Counted from the stretch's first letter, positions 17,400 through 29,043 are shown. The stretch: 64,000 nt of DNA from Candidatus Cloacimonadales bacterium (GCA_963662275.1 OY759316.1:3968001-4032000), one strand, 5' to 3'. The notes: generated by a model from the sequence alone, not told the origin. Translations and numbers: made by a program.

Positions 17400-18350
17400 A
17401 TGTTAAAAAAGTATCATATTCTGATGTTAGCTCTCCTGATCACCATGACTGTAGTTTCTTGCAAAAACAAAGAAAAGTCCAATGTAAGTAACCAGGCACC
17501 CACAGGTAAACCTCGCATCGCACTTGTGATGAAAACCCTTACTAACCCATTCTTTGTCACAATGGAGCAAGGAGCAAGAAGAGCAGAACAGGAGCTTGGT
17601 ATAGAATTGATTGTAAAAACAGGAGCCCAGGAAACATCAATTGAACAACAGATTGCCATCGTAGAACAGCTCATTAAAAGTAAAGTAAACGCCATCGTGA
17701 TTGCTCCAGCAGGTTCAATCGAACTGATACCTGTTCTCAAACGTGCCCAGGATAGCGGAATTGTGATAGTTAATATCGATAATAAACTAGATGACGCTGC
17801 CATGAAGAGAGAAGGATTGACCAATGTTCCCTTTATTAGCGTGGATAATTTTCAGGGAGCATATCTCTCTGCGCAATACATAGCAAATCAGGTAAACAAA
17901 CCAACTCAAGCTATTATCCTGGAGGGAATCAAGACAGCAAAAAATGCACAGGATAGAAAAAATGGGGCAATGAAAGCATTTTCGGAGAATCCGCAAATCA
18001 AAGTCGCTGCAACGAAAACAGCCAATTGGAAAATAGACGAAGCTTATGATGTGACTGCATCAATGTTCAAAGTTAATCCTAAAATCAAATTGATCTTTTG
18101 CTCCAATGATATGATGGCAATGGGAGTCATCCAGTTTCTGAAAGACAAATCCATCAAAGAAGTATTGGTTGCAGGTTTTGATAACTTAAATGAGGTAAAG
18201 CCATTAATAGCTGATGGGTCTTTGGCAGTGACTATCGACCAGCAAGCTGATGTTCAAGGTTACACAGGCATCATTCTAGCCAATAAAATGCTGCATAAAG
18301 AACATATTGAGATGATAACCATTATCCCTGTTAAAGTCATCACCAAATAA
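17400..18350 (+). CDS. RbsB-like sugar-binding lipoprotein
   Basis: Lipobox VVSC; KTLTNPFF, DN..G, NDMMAMG and GFD motifs of periplasmic binding protein type 1. Confidence 0.9.
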   Translation: MLKKYHILMLALLITMTVVSCKNKEKSNVSNQAPTGKPRIALVMKTLTNPFFVTMEQGARRAEQELGIELIVKTGAQETSIEQQIAIVEQLIKSKVNAIVIAPAGSIELIPVLKRAQDSGIVIVNIDNKLDDAAMKREGLTNVPFISVDNFQGAYLSAQYIANQVNKPTQAIILEGIKTAKNAQDRKNGAMKAFSENPQIKVAATKTANWKIDEAYDVTASMFKVNPKIKLIFCSNDMMAMGVIQFLKDKSIKEVLVAGFDNLNEVKPLIADGSLAVTIDQQADVQGYTGIILANKMLHKEHIEMITIIPVKVITK

Positions 18351-20698
18351 TGAATTTATTGAATAGGATCAGGGAACGCATCAGAAATTCTCTGATCAAT
18401 AAGTTTATTCTCGTATTTTTATTCGGTGGTATGGTGCCTGTACTCATACTCAGCGGTTGGACTGCCTGGGTTTCACATCGGGCTGTGAATATGTATATTA
18501 GTGGGTCCGTGTATCAGATATTGAAGGAGAAGATCAACTTCTCGGTATTGAGACTGCAGGAGATTGAGAGTTTAATTGCAAATATCTCAGGTGTTGAAGA
18601 TATATCCACGACTCTCAACCAGGAAAGCAGCCAACAAAGTGATTATGATAAACTTCGATTACAGGCAAAAATCGGTTATATCCTCAATGGATATATCAAT
18701 ATTGAGGGTTTGGAGTCGATTGACATTATCTCGACTGGTGGAAATCGTTATCACGTGGGAGAATCTTTAGTTACTGATAATCAAAGCTATAAACCTGTTC
18801 TGGAAAGGATTCTAAAAGAAAACCATACAGCTAACAGCTCTATCGTTTGGCATGGTATTTTACCTCGACTGGACAAGAGTAATCAGTACTCACTACTAGC
18901 ATCCAAAGAATTGGTCTTGATTGACCCTGTGACTATGACAGAAAAGCCTGTTGGCATCCTGATTGTACAATTTTCAGTTAATACTTTCAATTCTGAGTTT
19001 ATCTCAAATAAACAAGATGGGTTCTCATACGTCATCCTGGATAACAAGAATAATTGTATCTTATCAACTCTTCCCAGGGAGATAGGGAAACCGTTTTTCT
19101 CACATCACAAGATTATAAAGAGCAATCCAAAAGATAATTTTGTCAGTGTTCGACTAGATAATAAGGAAGTATATCAGCTAAAATTTCTGAGTGAATTCAA
19201 TCATTGGACGTATTATGTATTTCTCAGTACAGCTTATATGAATAATATGACCTCTGAATTCACGCGTGGAATAATTTTAATCGTTGTTATTTTCCTCTCG
19301 CTCACGCTATTGATTAACTGGACATTCCTACGCTATCTATTGGTACCGGTAAAAAACATCACGAAGATTTTTGCTGAGATTTCAGAAAATCGCTATGACC
19401 TGACTAAACAACTTCCCAATCCTCACTCAGATGAAATCGGTGACCTGATCAAATGGTTCAATGCCTTCACTACCAATCTGGTGGATAAAGAGCGTTATCG
19501 GGCAGAATTGGAAGTACAAAAGGAATTAGCAGAAAAAGCCAATCATGCCAAAGATATCTTTTTAGCAAATGTCAGTCACGAACTACGTACTCCTTTAAAC
19601 GGAGTAATTTCAGTAGCTGAACTCTTGAATAGCACGAACTTGGATGTAGAGCAGCACAAATATACAAAAATGATCCTGCAATCAGGAGAAATCCTCTATT
19701 CTCTGATCAACCAAGTATTGGATTTTTCTAAAATATCTTCTGATAAAACAGTCCTTTTACCTCACGATTTCGATTTCATCGATCTGTGTGATAAACTGGC
19801 TAATCTCTATTTAGTGCAGTCGAATATAAAAAAAATCGCTTTCAACTACCAGAAACCAGAACAAAACAGTCTTTTCATCCATGCAGATGAGATGGCTTTA
19901 CAAAAAATTATGATCAACCTTTTAGGGAATAGCCTTAAGTTCACAACAGAAGGAGTAATTTCTTTTAAAGTAAACCTATCTTATCCATCTGTGGGCAAAG
20001 TCCTGATTTCAATTGCAATATCAGATACAGGTATCGGTATTCCATTAGAAAAGCAACAGGTTATCTTCAAAGCCTTTGAGCAAGTGGACAATTCACTGAC
20101 TAAAAAGCAAGGTGGAACAGGTTTAGGTTTGGCTATTGCTCAAAAGTTAGCGTTCCTGATGGATAGTAGGATTAATATTCAAAGTCCTAATCCTGACTTT
20201 ATCAATGCTGTTCATCCGGGTTCGATATTTAGCTTGATTCTAGAATTACCTTTAGCGGAATCCAATGTTAACTTGGATACGACTTATACAGATGTGATTC
20301 ATCCATTACTATCCGGCAAATATTCACATCCTTTAACAGCCTTGATTGTTGAAGACAATCTGATCAATCAGGCAGTATTAAGTGCTATCCTTGAAAAATA
20401 TAATATTACCTGTGATATAGCATCTGAATGGGAAGAGTGCCTCAGTTATCTGGCTAAAAATACATATAACTACATTTTCATGGATATCCAAATGCCCGGG
20501 ATGACCGGCTTTGATTTAACCGTCAGAATTCGTGATCTGAAGATTGTTACTCCAATCATAGCATTAACCGGTAATGCACTCAAAGAAGTGGAAGAACAGG
20601 CATATCAAAGCGGTATGAATGCCTTCATGTTCAAACCCATAAGGATCAGTGAACTGGAAAGAATCCTGCTGCAATTTTTACCAAAGGACCAAGTATAG
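18350..20698 (+). CDS. membrane hybrid histidine kinase (Cache-like, HAMP, HisKA, HATPase, REC)
   Basis: Two TM segments, SHELRTPL, DTGIG, GTGLGL and a C-terminal receiver. Start overlaps the SBP stop. Confidence 0.92.
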   Translation: MNLLNRIRERIRNSLINKFILVFLFGGMVPVLILSGWTAWVSHRAVNMYISGSVYQILKEKINFSVLRLQEIESLIANISGVEDISTTLNQESSQQSDYDKLRLQAKIGYILNGYINIEGLESIDIISTGGNRYHVGESLVTDNQSYKPVLERILKENHTANSSIVWHGILPRLDKSNQYSLLASKELVLIDPVTMTEKPVGILIVQFSVNTFNSEFISNKQDGFSYVILDNKNNCILSTLPREIGKPFFSHHKIIKSNPKDNFVSVRLDNKEVYQLKFLSEFNHWTYYVFLSTAYMNNMTSEFTRGIILIVVIFLSLTLLINWTFLRYLLVPVKNITKIFAEISENRYDLTKQLPNPHSDEIGDLIKWFNAFTTNLVDKERYRAELEVQKELAEKANHAKDIFLANVSHELRTPLNGVISVAELLNSTNLDVEQHKYTKMILQSGEILYSLINQVLDFSKISSDKTVLLPHDFDFIDLCDKLANLYLVQSNIKKIAFNYQKPEQNSLFIHADEMALQKIMINLLGNSLKFTTEGVISFKVNLSYPSVGKVLISIAISDTGIGIPLEKQQVIFKAFEQVDNSLTKKQGGTGLGLAIAQKLAFLMDSRINIQSPNPDFINAVHPGSIFSLILELPLAESNVNLDTTYTDVIHPLLSGKYSHPLTALIVEDNLINQAVLSAILEKYNITCDIASEWEECLSYLAKNTYNYIFMDIQMPGMTGFDLTVRIRDLKIVTPIIALTGNALKEVEEQAYQSGMNAFMFKPIRISELERILLQFLPKDQV

Positions 20699-20747
20699 AT
20701 ACTTACTTGGTTGGCGGATGTCTAATCATATTTTGAAGAGGTTTATC

Positions 20748-23700
20748 GTGCAGGAAGAATTAATTAAGACTATTCTATTAGTCGATGATGATACAGTCAT
20801 AACAATTCAAGTAGCAAAGATTCTCAAGAACTTCGGTTATGATGTTATTAACGCAAAAACCGGAGAAGAAGCTATTGGAATTGGTATAAACAATACACAG
20901 ATTAGTCTTATTTTGCTTGATATAAATCTAGGTGAGGGAATAGATGGAGCGGAAGTAGCCCGTCAGATTCTTGCGAAATCAGATATTCCTATTGTCTTCC
21001 ATATATCCAATACTGAGCAGGAATATGTTGGTCGAATAAGAGGAATTCACCATTACGGGATTATTATGAAGCATTCTGGAGATTATATCCTTAGAGCTTC
21101 AATTGAAACAGCTCTCAATCTATTTGAATCAACTAAAAATTATCATACTTTTTTTAATACAGTAGACGACTTGCTCTTTGTTCTTAATGAACAGGGAAAT
21201 ATACTTCATGTTAATACTACATTTATTGATCGGCTTGGATATACTAGAGACGAAATTGTGGGAAAACCGATACTCATGATTTATCCGATTGAACTTCGGG
21301 AAAAGGCTGCCAGTTGTTTCGCTACAATGTTGAATGGTGATACTGAGGTTTGTCAGATTCCGGTGTTATCAAAAGCAGGTGATCAAATACCAGTGGAAAC
21401 TAAAATTAAAAAAGGAATATGGGATAAAAAGTCAGTTATGTTTGGTGTAATGGAGGATATGTCACGCATCCAGTTATCTGAAGAGAAATTCAATAAATTA
21501 TTCCAGATCAATCCATCTGCTTGTGGGTTAAGCGATTTATGTGATCACAAATACATTGAAGTTAATGAAGCATTTTACAAGTTGTTTGGCTTAGAAAAAG
21601 ATGAAGTTATCGGTAAGACAGTATTTGAATTAGGAATATTAGCCGTTGAACAAAAGGATAATGTACTCCAAAAAGCAGACATAAATGGCAAAATCAAAAA
21701 CGCAGAAATTACACTTCGCGCAAAAAACGGCGATATCAAGCATGTGCTTTTTTCTTCAGAGAATATCATTCTTCAAAATAAGAAATACCGTTTTACGGTA
21801 GTTGATGACATCACTGAACGGATATCAACTGAACAAGCGTTAAGGAAGAGTGAAGGTAAATATAGAGTGCTTACCGAGAGTATGCAAGATGTTGTCTGGA
21901 TTCTTGATACAACGACGATGTATTATACTTATGTCAGTCCATCTATTCAGAAACTTCGTGGGTACACACCAGAAGAAGTAATCTCAGAGCCTGTTTATGC
22001 ATCCCTTTCTCCTGAAGCTGCAGAGAGTCTTAAGAAGACTGTTAATCGTCGCAAAGCGGATTTCTTATCCGGGAAAGTACCACCTGACAGATATTATTCA
22101 GATGAAAATAAACTACTTTGCAAGGATGGTTCAACCATCTGGGCTGAAGTGTCTGCAAATTATTATCTGAATGAAGAAACCGGACATGTTGAAACACGTG
22201 GATTAACTCGGGATATAACACAGCAAAAGCTTGCAGAACAAGAAGTCAAACACCAGGCGAATCTCATTACTTTGCTCCTGGATTCAATTCCTGATATTAT
22301 CTTTTATAAGGATGTGGACGGTGTATATCTTGGTTGTAATCCTCCTTTTGCTGAATTCGTCGGCAAACCAAGAGAAGAAATTATCGGGAAAACCGATTAT
22401 GATCTTTTTGATAAGGCAAAAGCAGACTCTTTCAGAGAATATGATAAACAATTGTTGAAGGTCTGTGAATCGCGCCATAAAGAAGAGTGGACGACTTATC
22501 CTGATGGACGTACGGTGATGATTGATACACTGAAAACACCCTATTGGGGAGTCAATCATGAACTACTTGGAATACTGGGTATTAGTCGAGATATCACAGA
22601 ACAGAAGAAGGCGGAAGATACTTTACAGCAGAGCATTCAGAAATGGGAAGCCATCATCACAGCATCTCCAGATGGCATTGGAATTGTATCATTAGACGGT
22701 AAAATACAATTGATGTCTAATAGATTGGCGACAATGTATGGATATACAGTTGAAGAAATTAGGAATTATATCGGGAAAGATATCTTCATTTTTATTGATC
22801 CTTCCAATCATCAAAAGCTAGTTGATAATATACACAAACTGCTTAGCAGTGATAAAGATCAAAAAATCACAGAGTATCTGGCTGTAAAAAAAGATAATAG
22901 CAGGTTTTATGTCGATGTGAATTCAACCATTTTATATGATTCTAAAGGCAATCCGACGAGTATTTTGTTTGTGGAACGCGACATTACCACCCGAAAGCAG
23001 ACAGAGGAGGACTTGAAACAAATATCCACTCGTCTTGCGCTGGCAGCTAGTGCTGGAGGAGTGGGTGTATGGGATTACGATGTGGTCAACAATATACTTG
23101 TATGGGATGATCAAATGTTTGCTCTTTATGGAATAAAGAAAGAGCATTTCAAGGGTGTCTATGAAACATGGCTAGCTGGACTTTATCCAGAAGACAAAGA
23201 GAGAACAGATAATGAAATTAAGCGAGTATTAAGAGGGGAAATTGACTACAATACCGAATTTCGTGTCCTATGGGCTAATGGTGAAATTCATAATATCCGA
23301 GCTATGGGACTGTTAAATCGGGACAGTAATGGCAGCCCTTCACATTTAATCGGTACGAATTGGGATATCACAGCACAGAAGAACGCAGAGATGGAATTAT
23401 TGAAAACGAACCTACAGCTACAAAGTTCCATTTCTTTAGCAAATGAAATGGCTACAAGAGCAGAAACTGCTAATAAAGCTAAATCTGAATTTTTAGCAAA
23501 TATGAGCCATGAAATCCGAACACCACTTAACGGAGTTATCGGTTTTACTGACTTATTGATGAATCTATCATTAGAACCATTACAAAAACAATATGTGGAA
23601 AATGCCAATATTTCAGCTCACTCATTACTAGGTATCATAAATGATGTTTTGGATTTCTCGAAAATTGAAGCAGGGAAACTGGAACTGGATGAAGTGAAAA

Positions 23701-25421
23701 CGGACTTAATCGAATTATTAGAGCAAACATCAGACATTGTTAAATATGCAGCAGATAAGAAAGGGCTTGAATTATTACTGAATATTCCATTCAATATTCC
23801 TCGTTTTGTAACTCTAGATCCAGTGAGAACCAGACAAATTCTAATTAATCTGATCAGTAACAGCATTAAATTTACCGATAAAGGAGAAATCGAGATTGCG
23901 ATTCAGTTCGAAGAAATAGAAGTCTCTCCCGAGAAATCTGAATTCGGTAATCCAGGCAAATTTACATTTACTGTTAGAGACACTGGAATTGGCATTTCCA
24001 AAGAGAATCAAAGTAAATTATTCAAAGCATTTAGCCAGGCAGATACTACAACTACGAGGAAGTTTGGCGGCACTGGTTTGGGACTGGTTATTTCCAATCT
24101 CCTTGCTGAAAAAATGGGATCTGCCATTTTGATGGAAAGTGAATTTGGAAAGGGAAGCCAATTTAGCTTTTCAATTACTACATTGTTTGAATCTGGTATT
24201 AACTTTCTCCCCAAGAGAGAACTCGAGATCAAGAAAGCGCTCATTATTGATGACAATGCTAATAATCGGACAATTTTAAAAGATACACTTCATAATTGGG
24301 ATGTTGAAACAGAAGAATGTTCAAATGGTTGGGAAGCGTTAGAGATATTTAAAAATAATAGTGACTTCGATGTTGTTCTCATAGATTATAATATGCCTTA
24401 TCTGAATGGGCTGGAAACAATAGCAAAAATGAGAGCTATGAAGAAAGATACAATAGAAAAGATCCCTATCATCTTACTGCATAGTTCAGGCGAGGATGCT
24501 CTTATCCATGAAGGGTGCCGGGTGAATGAAGTAAGGGCTCAATTAGTAAAACCTGTTAAGTTAAGTGAATTTTACCAAGTGCTATTTCTGAGAAATCCAA
24601 TTATAAATAGAAACAGTGTAAAGAATTCATTAAGTGTGATTGAGAATGAAAACAACCAAATTCCGACAAAGAAGCAAGGACTTGTGAAAATCCTTATCGT
24701 TGATGATGTTCCTATGAATATGGCTTTAGTAAAGGCTGTTATTCGATATATCATTTCTGATGTCATTATCATCGAAGCAAATGATGGATATGAATCACTC
24801 GTCAAATTCAGAGAGACAATTCCGGATCTGGTTCTAATGGATGTGCAAATGCCTGGAATGGATGGTTATACGGCTTCCCTAAAGATTAGAGAGATAGAGA
24901 GGGAATTGAATGTTCATGTCCCTATCATCGCTTTGACTGCTGGTGCTACAATAGGTGAAAAAGAAAGATGCCTGGAAAGCGAAATGGATGATTATTTAAC
25001 CAAACCCCTTGATCCGTTTGTCCTTAAAATGCTGCTCCAAAAGTATCTGTGCACACATGATATCACAGAGGAAATTGATTTGAAAGTTCAGCCTACCAAT
25101 ACGATCCATTTTGACTGTGAACTATTGTTAAGCAAAATTGGAAAAGACGAGAGACAATTAAAATCCCTGCTGCAAACGGTATTAAAGACATATCCCGATT
25201 ATCTAAATGAACTGAGTCAAGCGATCAATGAGAGAGATGACATACAAATCAGAAAGCTGACACATAAAATAAAAGGGTCAGCTTCCAGCATGCATTTTCC
25301 GATTTTGGCTGAATTGATGCGATTAATGGAAACAACTGAGGATATGATACTTCTGCAAGACCATTTTACCAAGACGTTAGAAGAATGGAATGAATTGCGT
25401 TTGATTATTGAAATCCCATAA
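20748..25421 (+). CDS. cytoplasmic hybrid histidine kinase (REC, multiple PAS/PAC, HisKA, HATPase, 2 REC, HPt)
   Basis: About six PAS/PAC units ending DIT.RK/QK, SHEIRTPL, GGTGLGL, two receivers and the HKIKGSA HPt. Start set at GTG 20748 (GAGG RBS); the ORF is open from 20649. Confidence 0.92.
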   Translation: MQEELIKTILLVDDDTVITIQVAKILKNFGYDVINAKTGEEAIGIGINNTQISLILLDINLGEGIDGAEVARQILAKSDIPIVFHISNTEQEYVGRIRGIHHYGIIMKHSGDYILRASIETALNLFESTKNYHTFFNTVDDLLFVLNEQGNILHVNTTFIDRLGYTRDEIVGKPILMIYPIELREKAASCFATMLNGDTEVCQIPVLSKAGDQIPVETKIKKGIWDKKSVMFGVMEDMSRIQLSEEKFNKLFQINPSACGLSDLCDHKYIEVNEAFYKLFGLEKDEVIGKTVFELGILAVEQKDNVLQKADINGKIKNAEITLRAKNGDIKHVLFSSENIILQNKKYRFTVVDDITERISTEQALRKSEGKYRVLTESMQDVVWILDTTTMYYTYVSPSIQKLRGYTPEEVISEPVYASLSPEAAESLKKTVNRRKADFLSGKVPPDRYYSDENKLLCKDGSTIWAEVSANYYLNEETGHVETRGLTRDITQQKLAEQEVKHQANLITLLLDSIPDIIFYKDVDGVYLGCNPPFAEFVGKPREEIIGKTDYDLFDKAKADSFREYDKQLLKVCESRHKEEWTTYPDGRTVMIDTLKTPYWGVNHELLGILGISRDITEQKKAEDTLQQSIQKWEAIITASPDGIGIVSLDGKIQLMSNRLATMYGYTVEEIRNYIGKDIFIFIDPSNHQKLVDNIHKLLSSDKDQKITEYLAVKKDNSRFYVDVNSTILYDSKGNPTSILFVERDITTRKQTEEDLKQISTRLALAASAGGVGVWDYDVVNNILVWDDQMFALYGIKKEHFKGVYETWLAGLYPEDKERTDNEIKRVLRGEIDYNTEFRVLWANGEIHNIRAMGLLNRDSNGSPSHLIGTNWDITAQKNAEMELLKTNLQLQSSISLANEMATRAETANKAKSEFLANMSHEIRTPLNGVIGFTDLLMNLSLEPLQKQYVENANISAHSLLGIINDVLDFSKIEAGKLELDEVKTDLIELLEQTSDIVKYAADKKGLELLLNIPFNIPRFVTLDPVRTRQILINLISNSIKFTDKGEIEIAIQFEEIEVSPEKSEFGNPGKFTFTVRDTGIGISKENQSKLFKAFSQADTTTTRKFGGTGLGLVISNLLAEKMGSAILMESEFGKGSQFSFSITTLFESGINFLPKRELEIKKALIIDDNANNRTILKDTLHNWDVETEECSNGWEALEIFKNNSDFDVVLIDYNMPYLNGLETIAKMRAMKKDTIEKIPIILLHSSGEDALIHEGCRVNEVRAQLVKPVKLSEFYQVLFLRNPIINRNSVKNSLSVIENENNQIPTKKQGLVKILIVDDVPMNMALVKAVIRYIISDVIIIEANDGYESLVKFRETIPDLVLMDVQMPGMDGYTASLKIREIERELNVHVPIIALTAGATIGEKERCLESEMDDYLTKPLDPFVLKMLLQKYLCTHDITEEIDLKVQPTNTIHFDCELLLSKIGKDERQLKSLLQTVLKTYPDYLNELSQAINERDDIQIRKLTHKIKGSASSMHFPILAELMRLMETTEDMILLQDHFTKTLEEWNELRLIIEIP

Positions 25422-25513
25422 ATATTGACGATGTATCCCCATCATCATTTCTTTATTTTGAGCCAAACTCATGGTTTTGACTTGGCTGATGAGAGCAAAT
25501 TTAGGAATTATTG

Positions 25514-27307
25514 TTAACGCAACGTTAGAAAAGTAACCAGTTTTTCCCTGAGTACATCCAATCGGAAGGGTTTGGTCAGACAATCGTTAAATCCAGCAGA
25601 AATGTACTTTGCTTCTTCTCCTTCCATGGCGTTAGCAGTAAGAGCGATCACATAGATTTCACTGGTATTGGGATTTGTTCTCAGTCGGGCTATCGTTTCC
25701 AATCCATCCATTACTGGCATCTGGATATCGAGAAAGATCAGATCACAAGGGTTTGATTCCAAGTACTCTAAAGCTAATTGTCCATCGGACACAATGTTCG
25801 AATTCAGATTCAGATTGAGAAGTACTGATTGCATCAACACTTGGTTAATATTATTATCATCTACAACCAGGATATGCAATTTCTCCATTTGACTGGTAAA
25901 ATCATGAGGGGAAAGGGTTGGAGTTGCCGGTTTGTGTTTTTTTGTATTTCCTTCGAGAAAGCCGATTTCACTAATTTTCATCGGAAGGTGGACGACAAAT
26001 GTAGTTCCTTTGCCTAAAGAACTGCATACTGTAATAGTACCTTCCATTAATTGAACAAGTTTCCTGGTGATTGCCAATCCGAGACCCGTACCTTCCTTTT
26101 CAACTTTGGCTGGATCATAGACTTGTTCGAACGCTTCGAATATGCTATCCAATTTATCTTCTGGAATGCCGATTCCTGTATCTTCAATATCAATATGAAG
26201 GATTTCATTCTCGTACAAGGTGCTTATTTTAACCCTTCCAGTATCTGTAAATTTGATCGCATTGGAAATCAGATTGATCAATATCTGGCTGAGTTTTTGT
26301 TCATCAGTCAGCACGATGATGTTCTTCAGTTTCGTGCAATTCACTTCAAACTCAATTTGCTTTTCATCTGCCTTAACCTTCATAATATTATAGATATTAT
26401 TGAGCAGCTTATGGATATTCAGAGGTATCGGATGCATTTCTACTTTTCCGGCTTCTATTTTGGAAAGATCCAGGATATCATTGATGAGACCGAGTAAGTG
26501 GTTACCGGAGTAATGGATGATTTCCAGCTTTTCTTTCTTTGACTCGTCCGTTTCTGCCGTCAGCATCAGTTCGGTGAAGCCAAGTATGGAATTCATCGGA
26601 GTTCGAATCTCATGGCTCATGCTGGCGAGGAAGAGACTCTTTGTCTGATTAACCTTCTTTACTTCATCAATCGCTTCCTTTAATGAAAGATTTACTATCG
26701 TAAGCTCGGTTTGAGATGCTTTAAGTTGAGTCTCTATCTTCTTTCTTTCCTCAATTTCAGCTTTGAGGTTAATGGTACGTTCACTGACTCGTGTCTCAAG
26801 TTCTTCATTCAGTTTTCGAATCACTTGTTCAGCTTTGATCCTTTCCTGGATTTCTCGGCTGAGGTTTATATTCATTGCTTCAATTTCACGATGGATTTCT
26901 CTTTCTCTTTTTATAAAGCGCTGATACAGAAGCAGAAGGCGTATGAGTTCATTATCATTAATGGGTTTTGTCAGATAATCAATACCGCCTACTTCAATGC
27001 CCATCTTCATTTTCTGATGGTCTGGATCAAAAGCTGTGATAAAGATAATGGGGATTTGAGATGTCTTCTTACGCCCATGGATCAGCTTGGCTGTTTCAAA
27101 ACCATCCATCTCGGGCATTTGTACGTCCATCAGGATAATATCGATCTCCTGTGAATTAACATAAGAGAGAGCCTCGTAACCGGATTTTGCCTCAACTAGC
27201 TCCACATCTGGAAAGTGTTGACTGATAATCTGATTCAGGACGAAAAGATTATTTTCATTATCATCCACCAAGAGGATTCTATGATATGAGAAATCATTAG
27301 AAGCCAT
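25514..27307 (-). CDS. hybrid kinase REC-HisKA-HATPase-REC
   Basis: N- and C-terminal receivers, SHEIRTPM, GTGLGL. Confidence 0.92.
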   Translation of the reverse strand: MASNDFSYHRILLVDDNENNLFVLNQIISQHFPDVELVEAKSGYEALSYVNSQEIDIILMDVQMPEMDGFETAKLIHGRKKTSQIPIIFITAFDPDHQKMKMGIEVGGIDYLTKPINDNELIRLLLLYQRFIKREREIHREIEAMNINLSREIQERIKAEQVIRKLNEELETRVSERTINLKAEIEERKKIETQLKASQTELTIVNLSLKEAIDEVKKVNQTKSLFLASMSHEIRTPMNSILGFTELMLTAETDESKKEKLEIIHYSGNHLLGLINDILDLSKIEAGKVEMHPIPLNIHKLLNNIYNIMKVKADEKQIEFEVNCTKLKNIIVLTDEQKLSQILINLISNAIKFTDTGRVKISTLYENEILHIDIEDTGIGIPEDKLDSIFEAFEQVYDPAKVEKEGTGLGLAITRKLVQLMEGTITVCSSLGKGTTFVVHLPMKISEIGFLEGNTKKHKPATPTLSPHDFTSQMEKLHILVVDDNNINQVLMQSVLLNLNLNSNIVSDGQLALEYLESNPCDLIFLDIQMPVMDGLETIARLRTNPNTSEIYVIALTANAMEGEEAKYISAGFNDCLTKPFRLDVLREKLVTFLTLR

Positions 27308-27356
27308 AAATTACCTTCTTTAAGGATAGTAATAGAAGACTTGTATGGTTTGCATT

Positions 27357-29042
27357 TTACATCACTTTTTGGTAGATATTGTGGATTTTATTTATTAAAA
27401 CAAATCCTGGTATTGTATTTGAGATGGTTTCAGATTTTCCAAGCACTAGAAATCCATTCAGATCAAGTGATTGTGCAAAAAGCTGAAAGACCTGTTCCTG
27501 TAATTTCCGATCAAAATAGATCAGCACATTACGACATAAAATCAGTTGAAACTCATGAAAACTCCCCGGGTTTAGCAAACTGTGCTGGAAATACAATATC
27601 TTATTGAGAATTGTATCTTTAACCTTCATTATTCCTTGGTTAATATCAAAATAATCTGCCAGATTTGTATTACCGTCAGCTTTGAGATAAGTATCAGAAG
27701 TCTTACTGAGCAGACTATCAGCATACAAACCATTTCTTGCTTCCTCAATAACGAAGGGATTAATATCAGAAGCATATATCTGAGTTTTTGCTATAAGATT
27801 GGTTTCGGCTAAACTAATAGCTAAGGAAATTGGTTCCATACCTGTGGAGCAACCTGCACTCCAGATCTTGATATGGGGGAATGATGCCAGATAGGGTAGA
27901 ATTTCATGCTTGATATATTTATAAGTTTCAGGTTCACGGAAGAACTCAGTGACATTAATTGAAAATTCTAAAAACAGATACTCAAACATCTCCTCATCTG
28001 CAAGAACCATTTCTCTAAAACGGGTGAAATTGTACACACACAAGTCATTCATAGCTCTGTTGATTCTACGCTTAATGCTTGCTTTTTCATAATTCAAGTA
28101 ATTGTACCCGTATTTGTCATTGACTTCTGTAAGAAAAATCTGGAGTTCTGTGGCTGTAATCTCATTCGCTTTGGGATTGAGCACTCTCTGCAAGTAATGC
28201 ACCATTTCAGGAAGGGGGAATTTGTAAGTGATCTTTCCGGTTTGAATGGCATTTGTAAGCATATCCTTTGCTTCACAATCAGCCGGATCTTCTGCAATGA
28301 CCGTGCATTTATTGTCTTTCAGCATTTGCATGGCAGAGGAACCATCAGCTCCGTAGCCACATAATAGGATGGCGAGTAATTGCTGTTTATACTCTTCAGC
28401 AAGAGATTCAAACAGAAGTGAGATAGAAGGCCGGGAATAGTTCACCTTATCAGCAGAGCTGAGAACAATATGATTTCCTTTGACCAGCATATGAAAACCA
28501 GGAGGTGCAATATAGATATAACCTGGCTCAACAATCATGCCGTCTTCCACTTGTGCGACGTTATAGGTTGTCCGATCTTTAATAAGATTTGGTAGATAAT
28601 TCACTGAGTTTTCCACAATATGTTGAACGATAAAGATCACAATCGGTGCTTTCGGTACGGTCATCATGATATTCAATATTTTATCAAGACTGCCTGCAGA
28701 ACCTCCAATTGCCAGTGCTTTAAAGGTACTTGTTTCGCATAGACTGGTTACACTTTGGGAGATGTATCTATGCCGAATATCCAATTTTGCTAAATATGAA
28801 GCCAAGTATCGATAGAAGACTGTGACTGTGACTTTTTTGTAAATTCCTGATTGTTGACTTTGCTTCAAAGCAGTAATAACTTCAGCAGGGAGCATCCGTG
28901 CATCTAGAAAAGAAATCTCTACATATTCCGTAAGTTTCTTGTTCATTTGACTGATAAACTGCTGTATTTCCTTATCGGATTGAAAAATACCTTGGACACT
29001 CAATTCCAGGATATTATCCTTGATCACCGAATGCAGTTTCAT
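27357..29042 (-). CDS. CheB methylesterase - CheR methyltransferase fusion with a short STAS-like N-terminal domain
   Basis: GGSAG, VQH, RPSI and GADG (CheB); VTEFFRE, WSAGCSTG and CRNVLIYF (CheR). Start at ATG 29042. Confidence 0.9.
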   Translation of the reverse strand: MKLHSVIKDNILELSVQGIFQSDKEIQQFISQMNKKLTEYVEISFLDARMLPAEVITALKQSQQSGIYKKVTVTVFYRYLASYLAKLDIRHRYISQSVTSLCETSTFKALAIGGSAGSLDKILNIMMTVPKAPIVIFIVQHIVENSVNYLPNLIKDRTTYNVAQVEDGMIVEPGYIYIAPPGFHMLVKGNHIVLSSADKVNYSRPSISLLFESLAEEYKQQLLAILLCGYGADGSSAMQMLKDNKCTVIAEDPADCEAKDMLTNAIQTGKITYKFPLPEMVHYLQRVLNPKANEITATELQIFLTEVNDKYGYNYLNYEKASIKRRINRAMNDLCVYNFTRFREMVLADEEMFEYLFLEFSINVTEFFREPETYKYIKHEILPYLASFPHIKIWSAGCSTGMEPISLAISLAETNLIAKTQIYASDINPFVIEEARNGLYADSLLSKTSDTYLKADGNTNLADYFDINQGIMKVKDTILNKILYFQHSLLNPGSFHEFQLILCRNVLIYFDRKLQEQVFQLFAQSLDLNGFLVLGKSETISNTIPGFVLINKIHNIYQKVM

Positions 29043-29043
29043 A

